The notes under the pieces were generated by a model, which did not search any database, was not told the origin of the DNA, and saw only the letters and a program-made list of their open reading frames with translations. This document shows positions 29,701 through 39,050 of a DNA stretch of 64,000 nt, one piece after another. The stretch is from Alphaproteobacteria bacterium (GTDB lineage Bacteria; Pseudomonadota; Alphaproteobacteria; Bin95): contig OZ224045.1 in NCBI GenBank assembly GCA_963665325.3, forward strand, positions 768,001 to 832,000, read 5' to 3'. Position numbers and translations under genes: made by a program. Numbering within the stretch: position 1 is the first letter of the stretch; each line of letters opens with the position of its first letter.

Positions 29701-32135
29701 GCCTGCTGGATGTCCACGACGAGCGGCGAAGGGTGCTGGAGGAAGAGGCCGAAACCGCTGGCTGCCCCGTCGCCGGACTGGAAGACTACCGGGCCTGGCG
29801 CGAGATGTCGGAACGCCTCACAGCGAACGGCAAAGCCCTGCTCGAAGAGGCGGGCGAGCGCGCCGGCGAGGCCGGACCGAAAATAGCGGAGCGGCTCGAC
29901 CGCCTCGCCGAAACCCTCCTCGTCGATGACGGCGTCTTGCAGTTCCTGGAGGCCTTGCAGGACGTGCGGGAGCGGGCGAAGGCGGCCGGCACGATCCCGT
30001 ACTACGCCGAGGGCCACGACCGTCTGCTGGAGATGGTCCATGCGCTGGCGCCGCACCGGATCGTGCCGTCGCAGGTACGGGCAGCGGTCGACGGGGTCAT
30101 TGCCGAGGCTGCCGCCTGCGAGGAACGCGAAGCGGAGCTCGTTGCGCTCGGGGAGGAAGCGGCGGCGCTAAGGGACGAGCGCGCAAGGCTGGAGTCTCTC
30201 GCCCGCAACGGACCGCCGATGCTGCTGGAGGACTGGCCCGCCTGGTCGGAGCGCTGCGAGGCCGCGGCGGAACGCCGGCGGGAGATGCAGGGCGATCCCG
30301 ACACATGGCGACCCCACCTGAAGGCGATCGGGACCGAGGCGGCGACGATCGCCGTGCTGGACCGGCTCGACGAACTCAGGAAGCACGATCCTGCATGGGC
30401 AGACCTCCACACCGCGCGCGGGACAATCCTGCAACAGGCGAGGGCCGCCGACCGGCCCCGGTTCTACCATGAGCGCTGGGACGGGTTCGTCGGTGAGGTT
30501 CGCGCCTTTGCCCGGCGCGAGGGCCTGTCCGATGCGGCGACCGCGATGGCGAGGCGCGTTCTGGCCCATGACGGCAGGTGCCGCGAGGCGCGCGCCGCCA
30601 TCGCCGATTTCCTCGACGGCGCCCGCGAGCACGGGCGCCGCTGGGACATTCTCGAACGCCAATACGGGCGGCGCAGCCGTCAGCGCCCGAATCTCTCGAT
30701 CACCGACTACCGGGGCTACAGACCGCTCTCGCAATTCGCGAAGGATCTGAGGGAAACGGCGGATCCGTTCCTCGGCGAGGTGAGCCGGCGCCGCCACGGC
30801 GTCGATTTCGACGGGGCATGGGACGGCGGCGCCTGCATCGCCGCCGAACTGGAGCGGCTCAGCCGGCATGACCCGCTGGATGACTTCCTGACCGTCATGG
30901 ACAGGCTGGACAAGGTGCGCCGCGAATCGGAGGCGGGCAATGTCCTGGCCTTCCACCATGACGACTGGTCCGGGATTGTCGATGACGCCGGGAAATTGAA
31001 GGACAAGGAGGCGCTGGAGGCGGCAGAGCGGCGCCGGCTGCAGGCGGTGCTCGACGAGCATGCGGACCGTGCGGCGGAATGGGCGATCATCGAGATGCTC
31101 CTCGACGACCTGGAAGAACTGAAGGAAGAGGAACGATCCCTCAGGGAGAAAGCGGAGCGCGAGGGGCTTCCGGCGACCCTGCTGCCCGAGTGGCGGGACT
31201 GGCATGACGCCAACCTGCATTTCGCGGAGGACGCCACAGCGGCGCTGGCCGATGACGACCTCCGGGAGAGCGGACATTGGCGGAGCCATCCGGACGTGCG
31301 GGACCTTCTTGAGGAAGCCAGGAATGCAGCGCCCGACCGCGGCCTGCTGCCGGAGACGGAAGAGGCGCTTGTCACGGACATGATCCGCGAGGAATGCGCG
31401 CGTCTTCGCGATCCGGAGGCCGAACATGCGTTCCAGCGCCGCTGGCCGGGAACCGAACCGCTTGTCGAAGGCGACCGGTTGCGCGTCGCCTACCATCCCG
31501 ATTTGCCGAACGGCGAACTGGTCGTGGTCGCGGCCGGACTGGCCGGCGGGCTGGCGCCGGAGGACCAGCTGGAACTGGAATGGATTGTTTCGGGGCCGAA
31601 ACCCGACGATCCACACGAAGACGTTCGCGCCGATGAACTCGCAAAAGGAACCGTTTGGCGCGCCGACTGGGTCCATGAGGAGTTGCGCAACGCGGCCCTG
31701 ATGCGGGAACGGCCCGTCTCGTCGGAAGGTTTCTCCCGCCTGTGCAAGGACGATGTCGTGGTCGGCGACCTGCTGCGCTGGAGCGAATACGCTCCGGCCG
31801 AGCCCTCGGCCGACGACCGTCTTGCCCGAACCGGCCGGGAGACCGTCGTGCATGTAGAGGCCGAGCTTCTCGACCGGCGCGCGGCACTGTTGCCGGATGC
31901 GGACATCTGCGTGCTGCGCGAGACGGCGCGCTCGGACGACCGGCCCTGCGGGGAGCGCTACCTGCCGCTTGCCAAACTGACCATGGGGGGCTGCCTGCGC
32001 GCAACCTGGGTCCAGGAGGAAGACCGCGAGGCCGAAGCCCTTGTCCAGGGGCGGAGCCTGGGCGAAGAGCGCCAGGAACTGTGGCGGGAGGAGCTGGACA
32101 TGGGGCAGTATTGGGTCATGAGGCTCTCGCCGTGA
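26709..32135 (+). CDS. MOBF (TrwC/TraI-like) relaxase-helicase with ~900-aa repetitive C-terminal extension
   Basis: EYF..GGYY tyrosines, PGFDITFSAPKSVS, HIASRNLDPQLHTH (HUH), GRAGTGKTT, DEASM, GDRSQL, TVHGAQGST, YVEISRAR. Confidence 0.95.
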   Translation: MVAKVRNLTSSSSTAEYFHEEGGYYAAAGGDREAARAKAAEHRLASAWHGQALAALGLKEGQKVSAGTFETLLQGHVPGTNIRLGRKRDGKHEHRPGFDITFSAPKSVSLAALLPTRKHPRGDRGVLRCHDEAVKATLEWIEETKLQTRGYDPATGRRPRVKGHGMAAALFRHIASRNLDPQLHTHAVVANMTRDGEGRWKSIEPTELHRNAILIGAYYRNELSRRLIAKGYSVLPAMAGRIRSFEIAGYDLRVRNAFSTRRRQILTWLDEQGWDHSQAAAQIAALATRKRKAEPLHAMLRTIWAARAEEIGEVPVVRRSWRGVSLPAAPSALEIVGRAMEHLEERQSVFAAHQLEAVALGHSPGRHTLEAIRDAIAWMVRDRHLVEATLRRADQSFVTDRALKAERKVIAAMKAGIGEGMALATEEQVAARLAGAGLTEGQEEAVRTILLTPDRIVGVQGRAGTGKTTMLSHVRELAGKRLVVGLAPSAAAARVLERETDMPARTLQWFLARCRAVDGAGPVIDRLRERFRGAVLVLDEASMVSTDQMKSLMRVAGELEVARLVLVGDRSQLRAVDAGQPFRLLQQAGMKTAEMNEILRQREPKLRAAVNAAQEGEPGEAVELLGSSVHEVPWDELGQKAAETWLALDPETRSRTLLVAPTHELRAEINAVVREALAAEGVLRGRALRIDRLVGLGMTRAEKADVRNYSEGDTVVPNQDLMNYRVKRDEALTVTGIEEDRVLLLHPDGRPRHVAPQQGHVRYRLDVYETQPIEIRAGDRIRWTRNDRKRDLVNGEHSEVVAIGPDRVRFRRADGRTFSLAHDDPQLRHLDHAWSSTVHGAQGSTADGVIAVLDSGHGALTDQSTFYVEISRARDSAVVLTDNCEQLVEVLEAHTGERATALEAVGEEIGPDIGPVRIPHKLPAWSVRGEWTELEEKARNEGTILFRVEGYDGLIGRTRRLDERYPGLPAPIREVVDGLLAYDRGCREGDRGAVEFLGLLDVHDERRRVLEEEAETAGCPVAGLEDYRAWREMSERLTANGKALLEEAGERAGEAGPKIAERLDRLAETLLVDDGVLQFLEALQDVRERAKAAGTIPYYAEGHDRLLEMVHALAPHRIVPSQVRAAVDGVIAEAAACEEREAELVALGEEAAALRDERARLESLARNGPPMLLEDWPAWSERCEAAAERRREMQGDPDTWRPHLKAIGTEAATIAVLDRLDELRKHDPAWADLHTARGTILQQARAADRPRFYHERWDGFVGEVRAFARREGLSDAATAMARRVLAHDGRCREARAAIADFLDGAREHGRRWDILERQYGRRSRQRPNLSITDYRGYRPLSQFAKDLRETADPFLGEVSRRRHGVDFDGAWDGGACIAAELERLSRHDPLDDFLTVMDRLDKVRRESEAGNVLAFHHDDWSGIVDDAGKLKDKEALEAAERRRLQAVLDEHADRAAEWAIIEMLLDDLEELKEEERSLREKAEREGLPATLLPEWRDWHDANLHFAEDATAALADDDLRESGHWRSHPDVRDLLEEARNAAPDRGLLPETEEALVTDMIREECARLRDPEAEHAFQRRWPGTEPLVEGDRLRVAYHPDLPNGELVVVAAGLAGGLAPEDQLELEWIVSGPKPDDPHEDVRADELAKGTVWRADWVHEELRNAALMRERPVSSEGFSRLCKDDVVVGDLLRWSEYAPAEPSADDRLARTGRETVVHVEAELLDRRAALLPDADICVLRETARSDDRPCGERYLPLAKLTMGGCLRATWVQEEDREAEALVQGRSLGEERQELWREELDMGQYWVMRLSP

Positions 32136-32200
32136 TGAACGCGGGGGATCTGTCCTTCCCGGTCCCCAGGGCTCCGAGGGCCGCGCCCGGACGCCATCGG

Positions 32201-32213
32201 CCGGGTGGAAGGC
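32201..32213 (+). repeat. Direct repeat CCGGGTGGAAGGC, copy 2 (downstream of relaxase)
   Basis: Exact match to 26333-26345. Confidence 0.55.
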
Positions 32214-32259
32214 CCTGCCGTATCCTGCGTCCGTCGGGGAAAGGGGCTCCGGGCCTGTC

Positions 32260-33645
32260 ATGGTTCTCCACCTGGTAACGAACAGGAAGGCGAAGAATCC
32301 GCTCTCCATCGTCCGGGCGCTCCTGCCGGAAGAGGAGGCCGCGCTCCGCCGGGTGAAGCAGGGCATCGACCTTCCCGGGGAAGATCCGGTCTACCGCGCG
32401 ACGGTCGCTTCCGCACGGGAGAGGCGCCTGTGGATTCTCTGCGACTGCCGCGACGGAGGCGCTTCGGACCGACCGGCCATCAGCCTGGTCAGGAAGGAAG
32501 ACGGCCGGATTTTCCTGTCCAACCTCCCCAGAGCGGAGGTCCCGCATGTTGACGGCTGCATCTTCGCTCCCGGCGACGGGGCGCGGAGGAGGATGCCCGT
32601 TATCGTCTTTCGCGATGTGCTCCGCCCGGTCGCGGGCGGCAGGGAGCGCACGGACGAGGAAAGGCCGGGCGAGGCGCCGCAGCGGCGGTTGACGGGGCCC
32701 GGCACGGGCAGCCGGGACCCGAGCCTGGCCGGCCATCTGCGCGGGCTGATGCAGGCCGCAAGCCTGCACAGGCTGAGCGTCTCGGAAGGGTTCGCATCCC
32801 CGGAGGAGTGGCTTGGCCGGATCGTCCGTGCGGCCAGGAACTTTCGCAGCCCGGAGGAAATCATGGTGTCCCGTCTTCTGGTCACGAAGCCGGAGGCATG
32901 GACATCGGGCTTTGTCGCGCAAACCCTGGACGAGCTGGAACCGGAGTGGCCGAAGAAGGGAACGCCGTTCGTGTGGCTGTGCTGGATGGCACGGGACATC
33001 GCCGACCGCGAGATCAACGGAGCGCACCCGGCGCTTGGCCATGTCCGGGTGCTGGCCGACGTGACCAGCCCGACCGTCGGGCGCAACAGGGTGGAGGGCC
33101 CCTGGCTCTTTCTCGGAGAGGTGGGCCGGTCCCCGGAGACCGGGAGATGGGAATGCATGGAGGCCTCTGCCCAGCCGATCGCGTCGGCCCGGTGCCCGGT
33201 CCCGATGGACTCGCACAATGAGCGCCGGGCTCTCGGCGCGCTGCGCTCCGCGATCTGGAGCCTGGAGAACAATGCGAAGCTGGGCGAGGCGTTCGGCGGC
33301 GCCATCCGCATCGACCTCGAGAAGCCGCTCTTCGACATCGAGACGGTCGGCGGCCGCTGCCGGCCCGACTTCATCCTGACCGTCATCCGACCGGGCTGCG
33401 ACCCCGCCGGCGGCCGGCACCTGCTCGGGGATTCGGCGCGCTACGTCATCGAGGTCATGGGGTTCGACGACCCGGAATATGAAAGCAGGAAGGCCGAAAC
33501 GCACCGGCGCATGCGAAAGCTCGGGCGCCTCTTCCGCCTGGATGCAAGGCAGTTCGACTCACGTGGCAACGGCCTGCAGCGCCAGGCCGACAGGATCGCC
33601 CGGCATGTCCGCAACGATCTGATGCTGCGGTGGAAGCTGGATTGA
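32260..33645 (+). CDS. Hypothetical protein with CxC..H..C zinc site and PD-(D/E)XK-like nuclease domain (DUF1173-like)
   Basis: WILCDC...PHVDGC; EKPLF..RPDFIL..VIEVMGFDDPEYESRK. Confidence 0.7.
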   Translation: MVLHLVTNRKAKNPLSIVRALLPEEEAALRRVKQGIDLPGEDPVYRATVASARERRLWILCDCRDGGASDRPAISLVRKEDGRIFLSNLPRAEVPHVDGCIFAPGDGARRRMPVIVFRDVLRPVAGGRERTDEERPGEAPQRRLTGPGTGSRDPSLAGHLRGLMQAASLHRLSVSEGFASPEEWLGRIVRAARNFRSPEEIMVSRLLVTKPEAWTSGFVAQTLDELEPEWPKKGTPFVWLCWMARDIADREINGAHPALGHVRVLADVTSPTVGRNRVEGPWLFLGEVGRSPETGRWECMEASAQPIASARCPVPMDSHNERRALGALRSAIWSLENNAKLGEAFGGAIRIDLEKPLFDIETVGGRCRPDFILTVIRPGCDPAGGRHLLGDSARYVIEVMGFDDPEYESRKAETHRRMRKLGRLFRLDARQFDSRGNGLQRQADRIARHVRNDLMLRWKLD

Positions 33646-34028
33646 GACGTCGGGTTTCGCCGTTCAAGGCCGGAACGGCAAGGCCCACCCCACTGCCGTT
33701 CGGTGCGGCCATTGAGTGCCGATAATCATGAAGCGCTGTTGCTGCAATTGTCACGAACTGGCGGGTCAGGAGATCGCGCCGAACCAACACGATACACGAC
33801 GATTATTGACCGCATTATGGCGCCGGTTGTGGCGAATAACGCCTCCGCACTTTGCGCATCATGCCTTCGCGGCGCTGGCGGCGCCAGCGCGTTGACGGAA
33901 CCGGGAGGATCGAGACCCGCCGAGCACGTGACGGGGCGCCGGAGGCCCTGCCCCTTGCGCGGCGGGCTCCGGCCCCTATTCTGCCCTGCCCGGCGCCTGG
34001 ACGGCCGGAAAGGACAGGGTAAGCCGCT

Positions 34029-34838
34029 TTGTTCGCCGCCTTGCGTATCGCCAGCCGCCTGCCGCTCGCCTGCCTCTACCCGATCGGGCGCCTGCTGATC
34101 CCGCTTGCCCGCGCGTTCGTGCCGAGCCGGCGCCGCGTGGCGGAGCGCAACCTCGCCGCTGCCTTCCCCGACGTGGAACTCCGGGCGCTGATGCGCCGCT
34201 TCTATGCCACCAGCGCCGATCTGGCGGTGGAGTCGATCCGGCTCATGTCCATTCCGAAGGCGCAGCTGGGCGTCCGTGTCCGGTTGGAAGGCGCGGAAGC
34301 GCTGGACGAGGGCGGCGCGCTGGTGCTGGCGGCCCATCACGGCAATATGCTCTGGGCCGTTGGCGCGCTGGCGGACGCTGTGCCTGCGCCGGTCTTCGTG
34401 GTCTACAAGCCGCCGCATGGAGACATCCTGCACCGCATGCTGGAGGCGATCGGGGCACGCTTCGACGGAACGCTAGTGCCGCTGCGCGAGGTGCGCCGGA
34501 CCGTGCTTCGCTGCCGGCAGGAAAGCGGCGTGCTCGTGCTGGTGGCCGACCAGCGGCTAGGCTCTGCCGAGCGCCGCAAGGTGGAGTTCTGTGGCCGACA
34601 GACGCCCTTCTTCGCCGGGCCGGACCGCATCGGCCGCGCGCTCGGATGGCCGGTCTATTACCTGTCCTGCCGGCGGACGGAGCGGGGCCGCTATCGCTGC
34701 CGGGTCGAGAAACTCTGCGAACCGCCTTATGCGGAGGGCGACGCCGGCATCGTGCAGCGCTACGCGGCGCGGCTGGAGGCCGACATCCGGAGCGCGCCGG
34801 AAGACTGGCTCTGGTTCCACAAGCGCTGGAGGGATTGA
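34029..34838 (+). CDS. Lipid A acyltransferase (LpxL/HtrB family), atypical catalytic motif
   Basis: RNLAAAFP, HHGN, LVADQ, FCGRQT, LEADIRSAPEDWLWFHKRW. Confidence 0.8.
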   Translation: MFAALRIASRLPLACLYPIGRLLIPLARAFVPSRRRVAERNLAAAFPDVELRALMRRFYATSADLAVESIRLMSIPKAQLGVRVRLEGAEALDEGGALVLAAHHGNMLWAVGALADAVPAPVFVVYKPPHGDILHRMLEAIGARFDGTLVPLREVRRTVLRCRQESGVLVLVADQRLGSAERRKVEFCGRQTPFFAGPDRIGRALGWPVYYLSCRRTERGRYRCRVEKLCEPPYAEGDAGIVQRYAARLEADIRSAPEDWLWFHKRWRD

Positions 34839-34858
34839 AGAGGGGGGAGCGGAAGGCG

Positions 34859-35131
34859 ATGACAGACGGCTGGGTAAGGCTGGACGACAGCGTTGTAGAC
34901 GGAGTGGAAATGGCGGAGAGGGCGGGGCGGGCGGCGACCGGCTTCGCCGGGCTCGGTATCCGCCTCGGCGATGCGGTCGGCATGCTTGGGGCCTACGCTG
35001 TGCCGATCAACTGGTATCTCGCGCGCGACGAGGTCTGCCACATCCTCGCCGACAGCGGCGCGAGCGTGACCGTCATTCGAGCCCTCCGCCCATCCCATGA
35101 CTTCCTGTTGACTTCTGTCTCGCCCGACTGA
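34859..35131 (+). pseudogene. N-terminal fragment of an AMP-binding acyl-CoA ligase with internal deletion
   Basis: RAATGFAGLGIRLGDAVGML joined directly to GAYAVPINW..EVCHILADSGA, then premature stop. Confidence 0.7.
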
Positions 35132-35309
35132 ACCATTCTTCAGCGATCCGTCCGGTCCCGGGTCCGCGCCGAATCGGACTGTCTCCGGTCGGGCTAGAGT
35201 CATCTTCCCGCCCGGCGCGCGGGACATCCTTTTGGTCGCGCGGTTTCACAGGCCGGGACCGTGCCTCGCATCGCGCTGAGTGCCCTGTCCGCTATCGGGA
35301 AGACGAAGC

Positions 35310-36143
35310 ATGCGACGATCAGAGATTGACGAGGCCCGGCCGCCCGTATCCTGCTACATTTGCCCTATCGATGAAGAGACACGGATTGAGGCGACTGTCC
35401 AGGCTGCGTTGCGTGTCGCGCGTGAGGTCGTGGTGGTTGACTCCGGATCCACAGACCGTACGGTCGTAATGGCCAGGGCGGCGGGCGCAAGAGTCATCGA
35501 ACGAAAGCGTTCGGATCCGGGAGCCCGGACGCGCGCCGGAGAAGACGCATGTCGGCGCGACTGGCTTCTCTATCTGGATAGCGGCGAAATCGTCACCGAA
35601 GAACTGGCGCGGGAAATGCATGACCTGTTTCATGCCGGCGAGCCATCCGCCGATGCATTCCGTCTTCCCGTCCTTTGCGTCGATCCGTCCGGCCGGATCT
35701 GGAAGAACTCCCGGCCTCGACGCAGTGTCAAGCTCTACGACCGGCGCAAGGTTCGCTTACCCGTCGATGGCGCCCAGGACCAGTTTCACGTCCCGCAGGG
35801 ACTCCGTGTCCGCCGCCTTCGCGGCCCGATCCTGGACCATGCGTTCGAGGATATCGGGCACCTTTCGCGCAAGCAAAGGGATCACGCCATCAGGCAGGCC
35901 CGGGTCGTGGATCCCAATCCGCCCTGGCTGACTGCGCTCAAGGTGTATCTGGGCCTGCCCTGTTTCTTTCTCTGCAGCTATGTCGTTCGCGGCCGTTGGC
36001 TGGAGGGTCGCTATGGTTTCCTCTTCGCTGTCGTGGCGTCCTACTACCGCTGGTATCGCTACGCCATTCTTTACAGGCGGAGGCTGAGGAGACTCCGGAA
36101 GCAGAGAACGGGCACCTCTAAATCGGCTGCGGCGCGGAATTAA
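35310..36143 (+). CDS. Glycosyltransferase family 2 (LPS core WaaE/KdtX-like)
   Basis: VVVVDSGSTDRTV; C-terminal GRWLEGRYGF; DxD position reads DSG. Confidence 0.8.
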   Translation: MRRSEIDEARPPVSCYICPIDEETRIEATVQAALRVAREVVVVDSGSTDRTVVMARAAGARVIERKRSDPGARTRAGEDACRRDWLLYLDSGEIVTEELAREMHDLFHAGEPSADAFRLPVLCVDPSGRIWKNSRPRRSVKLYDRRKVRLPVDGAQDQFHVPQGLRVRRLRGPILDHAFEDIGHLSRKQRDHAIRQARVVDPNPPWLTALKVYLGLPCFFLCSYVVRGRWLEGRYGFLFAVVASYYRWYRYAILYRRRLRRLRKQRTGTSKSAAARN

Positions 36144-36274
36144 ATCTCTCCAAGGCGATTTGCACTGGCTTCAGAAACGGGCCGGTGCCAGTTCTGATCC
36201 AGACGAAGCTGGACGATGGGCCCGTCGTTAGGCGCCGGGTCCTGATCCTTCAGGATCCAACGCTGATCAATCGC

Positions 36275-36427
36275 TTATGACGCCGATCGGTGGCCAAGCA
36301 GCGCGCCGAGCAACAGGGTGCTCACGCCGGTCCGCTCGGGGACAATGCCCAGCGCGCTCAAATTGCCGGAGATCGCCGCCCAGCGATCCAGGCGGCGGTC
36401 GAGTTGGATCACGAATACTGGCAGCAT
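36275..36427 (-). pseudogene. Truncated glycosyltransferase family 25 paralogue
   Basis: Manual translation MLPVFVIQLDRRLDRWAAISGNLSALGI...LLLG, matching the start of the intact gene at 44578-45294. Confidence 0.75.
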
Positions 36428-36463
36428 GATGAATCTCGCCAGCCCGACCGGGCCCGGGTATCG

Positions 36464-36552
36464 GGCTGTTCTGTTCAGCGGACGCCCCGACAGAGCGGGA
36501 CACGTCAGCGGTCGCGGAGCGGATGGTCGTTCGAATCGACCGGGAGAGTTAA
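36464..36552. repeat. Conserved upstream element of GT25 genes, copy 1
   Basis: Aligns with 45401-45489; exact 14-bp core CGACAGAGCGGGAC. Confidence 0.7.
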
Positions 36553-36565
36553 CGGAAGCTGCAGC

Positions 36566-37408
36566 CTATCCGTCCCGGACGGAACCGCCGCCGTCGGCGT
36601 CCGGGTTCGAAATCACTCCGTTCCGTCTCGCTTCCTCCATGCGCCAACGAGAGCGGACCATGGGGTTGGAACGAGGGTAGAACTTCCAGCGCAGATGATC
36701 GCTCCGCTTTCTTATCGAGCGGACGAACCTATCGGGGAAGACATGCGGTTTGGCGAAGTCGGGCACATGGCGTCCATCCCCGATATGCCGAACGGCCGGT
36801 TCCGCGAGATAGGCCACCCGGTAGCCGAGTTCCAGATAGCATCGCGCCACCCGGGATTCCCTGGCCCAGGCCCGGAAATCCGAATAGCGTCCGACGATCC
36901 TGTAGTCCCGCATGCGCCGCAACCCCGGGTTGAAGGACAGGCCCGCAAACGCCCGGGCCACAGCAGGATCGGCAACGTGATATGCGACGCCGGAGTGTGT
37001 GGTGAGCTGTGGTCCGATGTAACCGGGGGCGAATTCGGAGGCAATTCTGAGCCCGACCATCGAGTAACGGTCGGATTCCTTCAGGACGGCAAAGGAGGGC
37101 TCGATGAATCCGTCGGAGAAGAATTCCCAGTCGTCCTCGCAATGGAAGACCCATTCGGTCTCGACACGGGAATAGAGCCGGTCGATGCTTCGGATGAGCC
37201 CGATCGGCTGTTCGTTGACGAGCACCTCGAATTTCAGTCCGCTGCCCGAGAAGCGGCGGATCACGGCGTGAACGGCCGGATCACCGCTATCCTCGGTGAC
37301 CACAAGCTTCGCGACCGGACCCTCCAGGCGCGGCAATAGGGAGCCGAGCGTCCGCTCCAGAAGGTCGAAGCGCCCGCAGCTCGTCAAAGCGACGGTGTAG
37401 GGCTCCAT
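36566..37408 (-). CDS. Glycosyltransferase (GT-A fold, family 2-like)
   Basis: LTSCGRFDLLERTL, VTEDSG, FHCEDDW, SFNPGLRR, VRHIG; RBS GGGAG. Confidence 0.85.
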   Translation of the reverse strand: MEPYTVALTSCGRFDLLERTLGSLLPRLEGPVAKLVVTEDSGDPAVHAVIRRFSGSGLKFEVLVNEQPIGLIRSIDRLYSRVETEWVFHCEDDWEFFSDGFIEPSFAVLKESDRYSMVGLRIASEFAPGYIGPQLTTHSGVAYHVADPAVARAFAGLSFNPGLRRMRDYRIVGRYSDFRAWARESRVARCYLELGYRVAYLAEPAVRHIGDGRHVPDFAKPHVFPDRFVRSIRKRSDHLRWKFYPRSNPMVRSRWRMEEARRNGVISNPDADGGGSVRDG

Positions 37409-37759
37409 CCACACTCCCGGCAACCGGCGACGGGCCCGCGGTCGCCACAGCGCCGTCTCCTGTGCGAAAACAAACGAGCCGCCCGGCCCGTGGGATCTGG
37501 AGCCGTATCGCTCCGAATGTGGTACCAGAGGGCCCTATTGCCGCGGCAAGCAGCGTGGCCGATGCTAGAGTTGAACGGTTGCAAATTCAATTGGCACTCT
37601 TCCGTAATCGATCCCCAGTTGCTGGTCCGCGTCGGAAAGGTTGTTCCGCGCCGTCCCGTTGCCGCCCGGCCCAAGCAAGCACGTCCTCCGGGCTGACGGC
37701 CATCCGTTGCGGCACCAGGGCCGCATCGGCCGGCGATCCGGCCGCCGCATGACACGGCC

Positions 37760-39043
37760 TCATTCCCGCCTTCGATTGGTTCGTCCAGCCAGAACATCCG
37801 CTATCAGCGTTTCATAGCCGTCAATCGAGCGTTCGACCGAGAACCGCGCCGCGTTGATGCGGAGCGCGGCCTTGTTCGCCGGCTCGTCGAGCGCGCGCCG
37901 CATGACGCGGGCCAGCGCCTCCGCGTCGCCGACCGGGGCAAGCAGGGCCGGGTCCCCCAGGACTTCCGCGGGACCGCCCGGGCAGTCGGTCGAGACTGCC
38001 GGGCAGCCGCAAGCCAGCGCCTCCACCAGCACATTGCCGAGCCCCTCGTGCCGCGAGGAGAGCACGAACAGCGCCGCGCGGGCCATGAAGGCAAACGGGT
38101 TCTTCACCCAGCCCGGCAGGGATACGCAATCGTCAAGGCCGAAGCTAGCTATGCGGGCTTCGAGTGTGGAGCGCAACGGACCGTCGCCCAGAATGACCAG
38201 CCGGTAGGGCCGATTTGCGCGGAAATGCCGGAAGGCGTCGATCAGCGTCGAAAAGTCTTTCTCCCACACCAGCCGCCCGACACCGAGAATAACGGGCGGT
38301 CCGTCATCCGAAAACCAAGGATGCTCCGGCTCAAGCACTGCCAATTCTCCTATATCTGGAGCGAAGGCGGGATTGTATATCATTGTTATCTTATCGGCCT
38401 GCACACCGACCACTGCGGCAAAGTTATCCGCCACCCCACGGGATATCGCGACTACCCTGGACGCTGCCGAAAACACACAATGATCCGTTTCCCATTTTTC
38501 AACAATACTGCGAGCAATCGGGATTATCTCCGGGCAACCGTGTGTCATTCCAGCCGCAAAGAATCCTGCCTTATTCGCCGCCAGGAGATTGGTAAAAGCG
38601 ACATCGGGCTTCCGTTCCTCAAAATACCGGCCGAGGCGAAGCGCCCGGATGAAAGCTGCCCGCCTCTGGCGCCTGGCAAGGTCCAGGAGCGGCCAGCGAT
38701 GCTTTCTTACAAGACGGTATAAAAGGCAGGGCAGCCGGACGAGCGGCAAACGACGCATAAACCAGTGCGCGCTATCGGAAAAGCTGAGCTCACGATAGCG
38801 TTTCTTTTGCTTCCGAAACAGGTTAGCCGCCTGCCGTCTTGTCCGGCTCCACCTATCGGGACGCCGGGACAACACAAAGACCGATGCCCGCTCCGATATG
38901 TCGCCCGAGTAATCGTTCGTCGGTTGGAATAGCACCAGATCGACAGAGTGTCCTCGTTGGCAAAGCCCGTTGACACTGCGGATAACCGACCTCTCGGCCC
39001 CTCCCCCTCTCAATTCTGCAATAACCCAGCAGATATGCGCCAT
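37760..39043 (-). CDS. Glycosyltransferase family 4 (GT-B)
   Basis: GGGAER, IYNP, VGRL..EKDF, SRHEGLGNVLVEALACG (Ex7E). Confidence 0.88.
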   Translation of the reverse strand: MAHICWVIAELRGGGAERSVIRSVNGLCQRGHSVDLVLFQPTNDYSGDISERASVFVLSRRPDRWSRTRRQAANLFRKQKKRYRELSFSDSAHWFMRRLPLVRLPCLLYRLVRKHRWPLLDLARRQRRAAFIRALRLGRYFEERKPDVAFTNLLAANKAGFFAAGMTHGCPEIIPIARSIVEKWETDHCVFSAASRVVAISRGVADNFAAVVGVQADKITMIYNPAFAPDIGELAVLEPEHPWFSDDGPPVILGVGRLVWEKDFSTLIDAFRHFRANRPYRLVILGDGPLRSTLEARIASFGLDDCVSLPGWVKNPFAFMARAALFVLSSRHEGLGNVLVEALACGCPAVSTDCPGGPAEVLGDPALLAPVGDAEALARVMRRALDEPANKAALRINAARFSVERSIDGYETLIADVLAGRTNRRRE

Positions 39044-39050
39044 GGTGGCC

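Noticed and set aside
37570-37610. Sigma-54 promoter in TTGCAAATTCAATTGGCAC
   Set aside because: GG and GC elements are not in the required order and spacing on either strand
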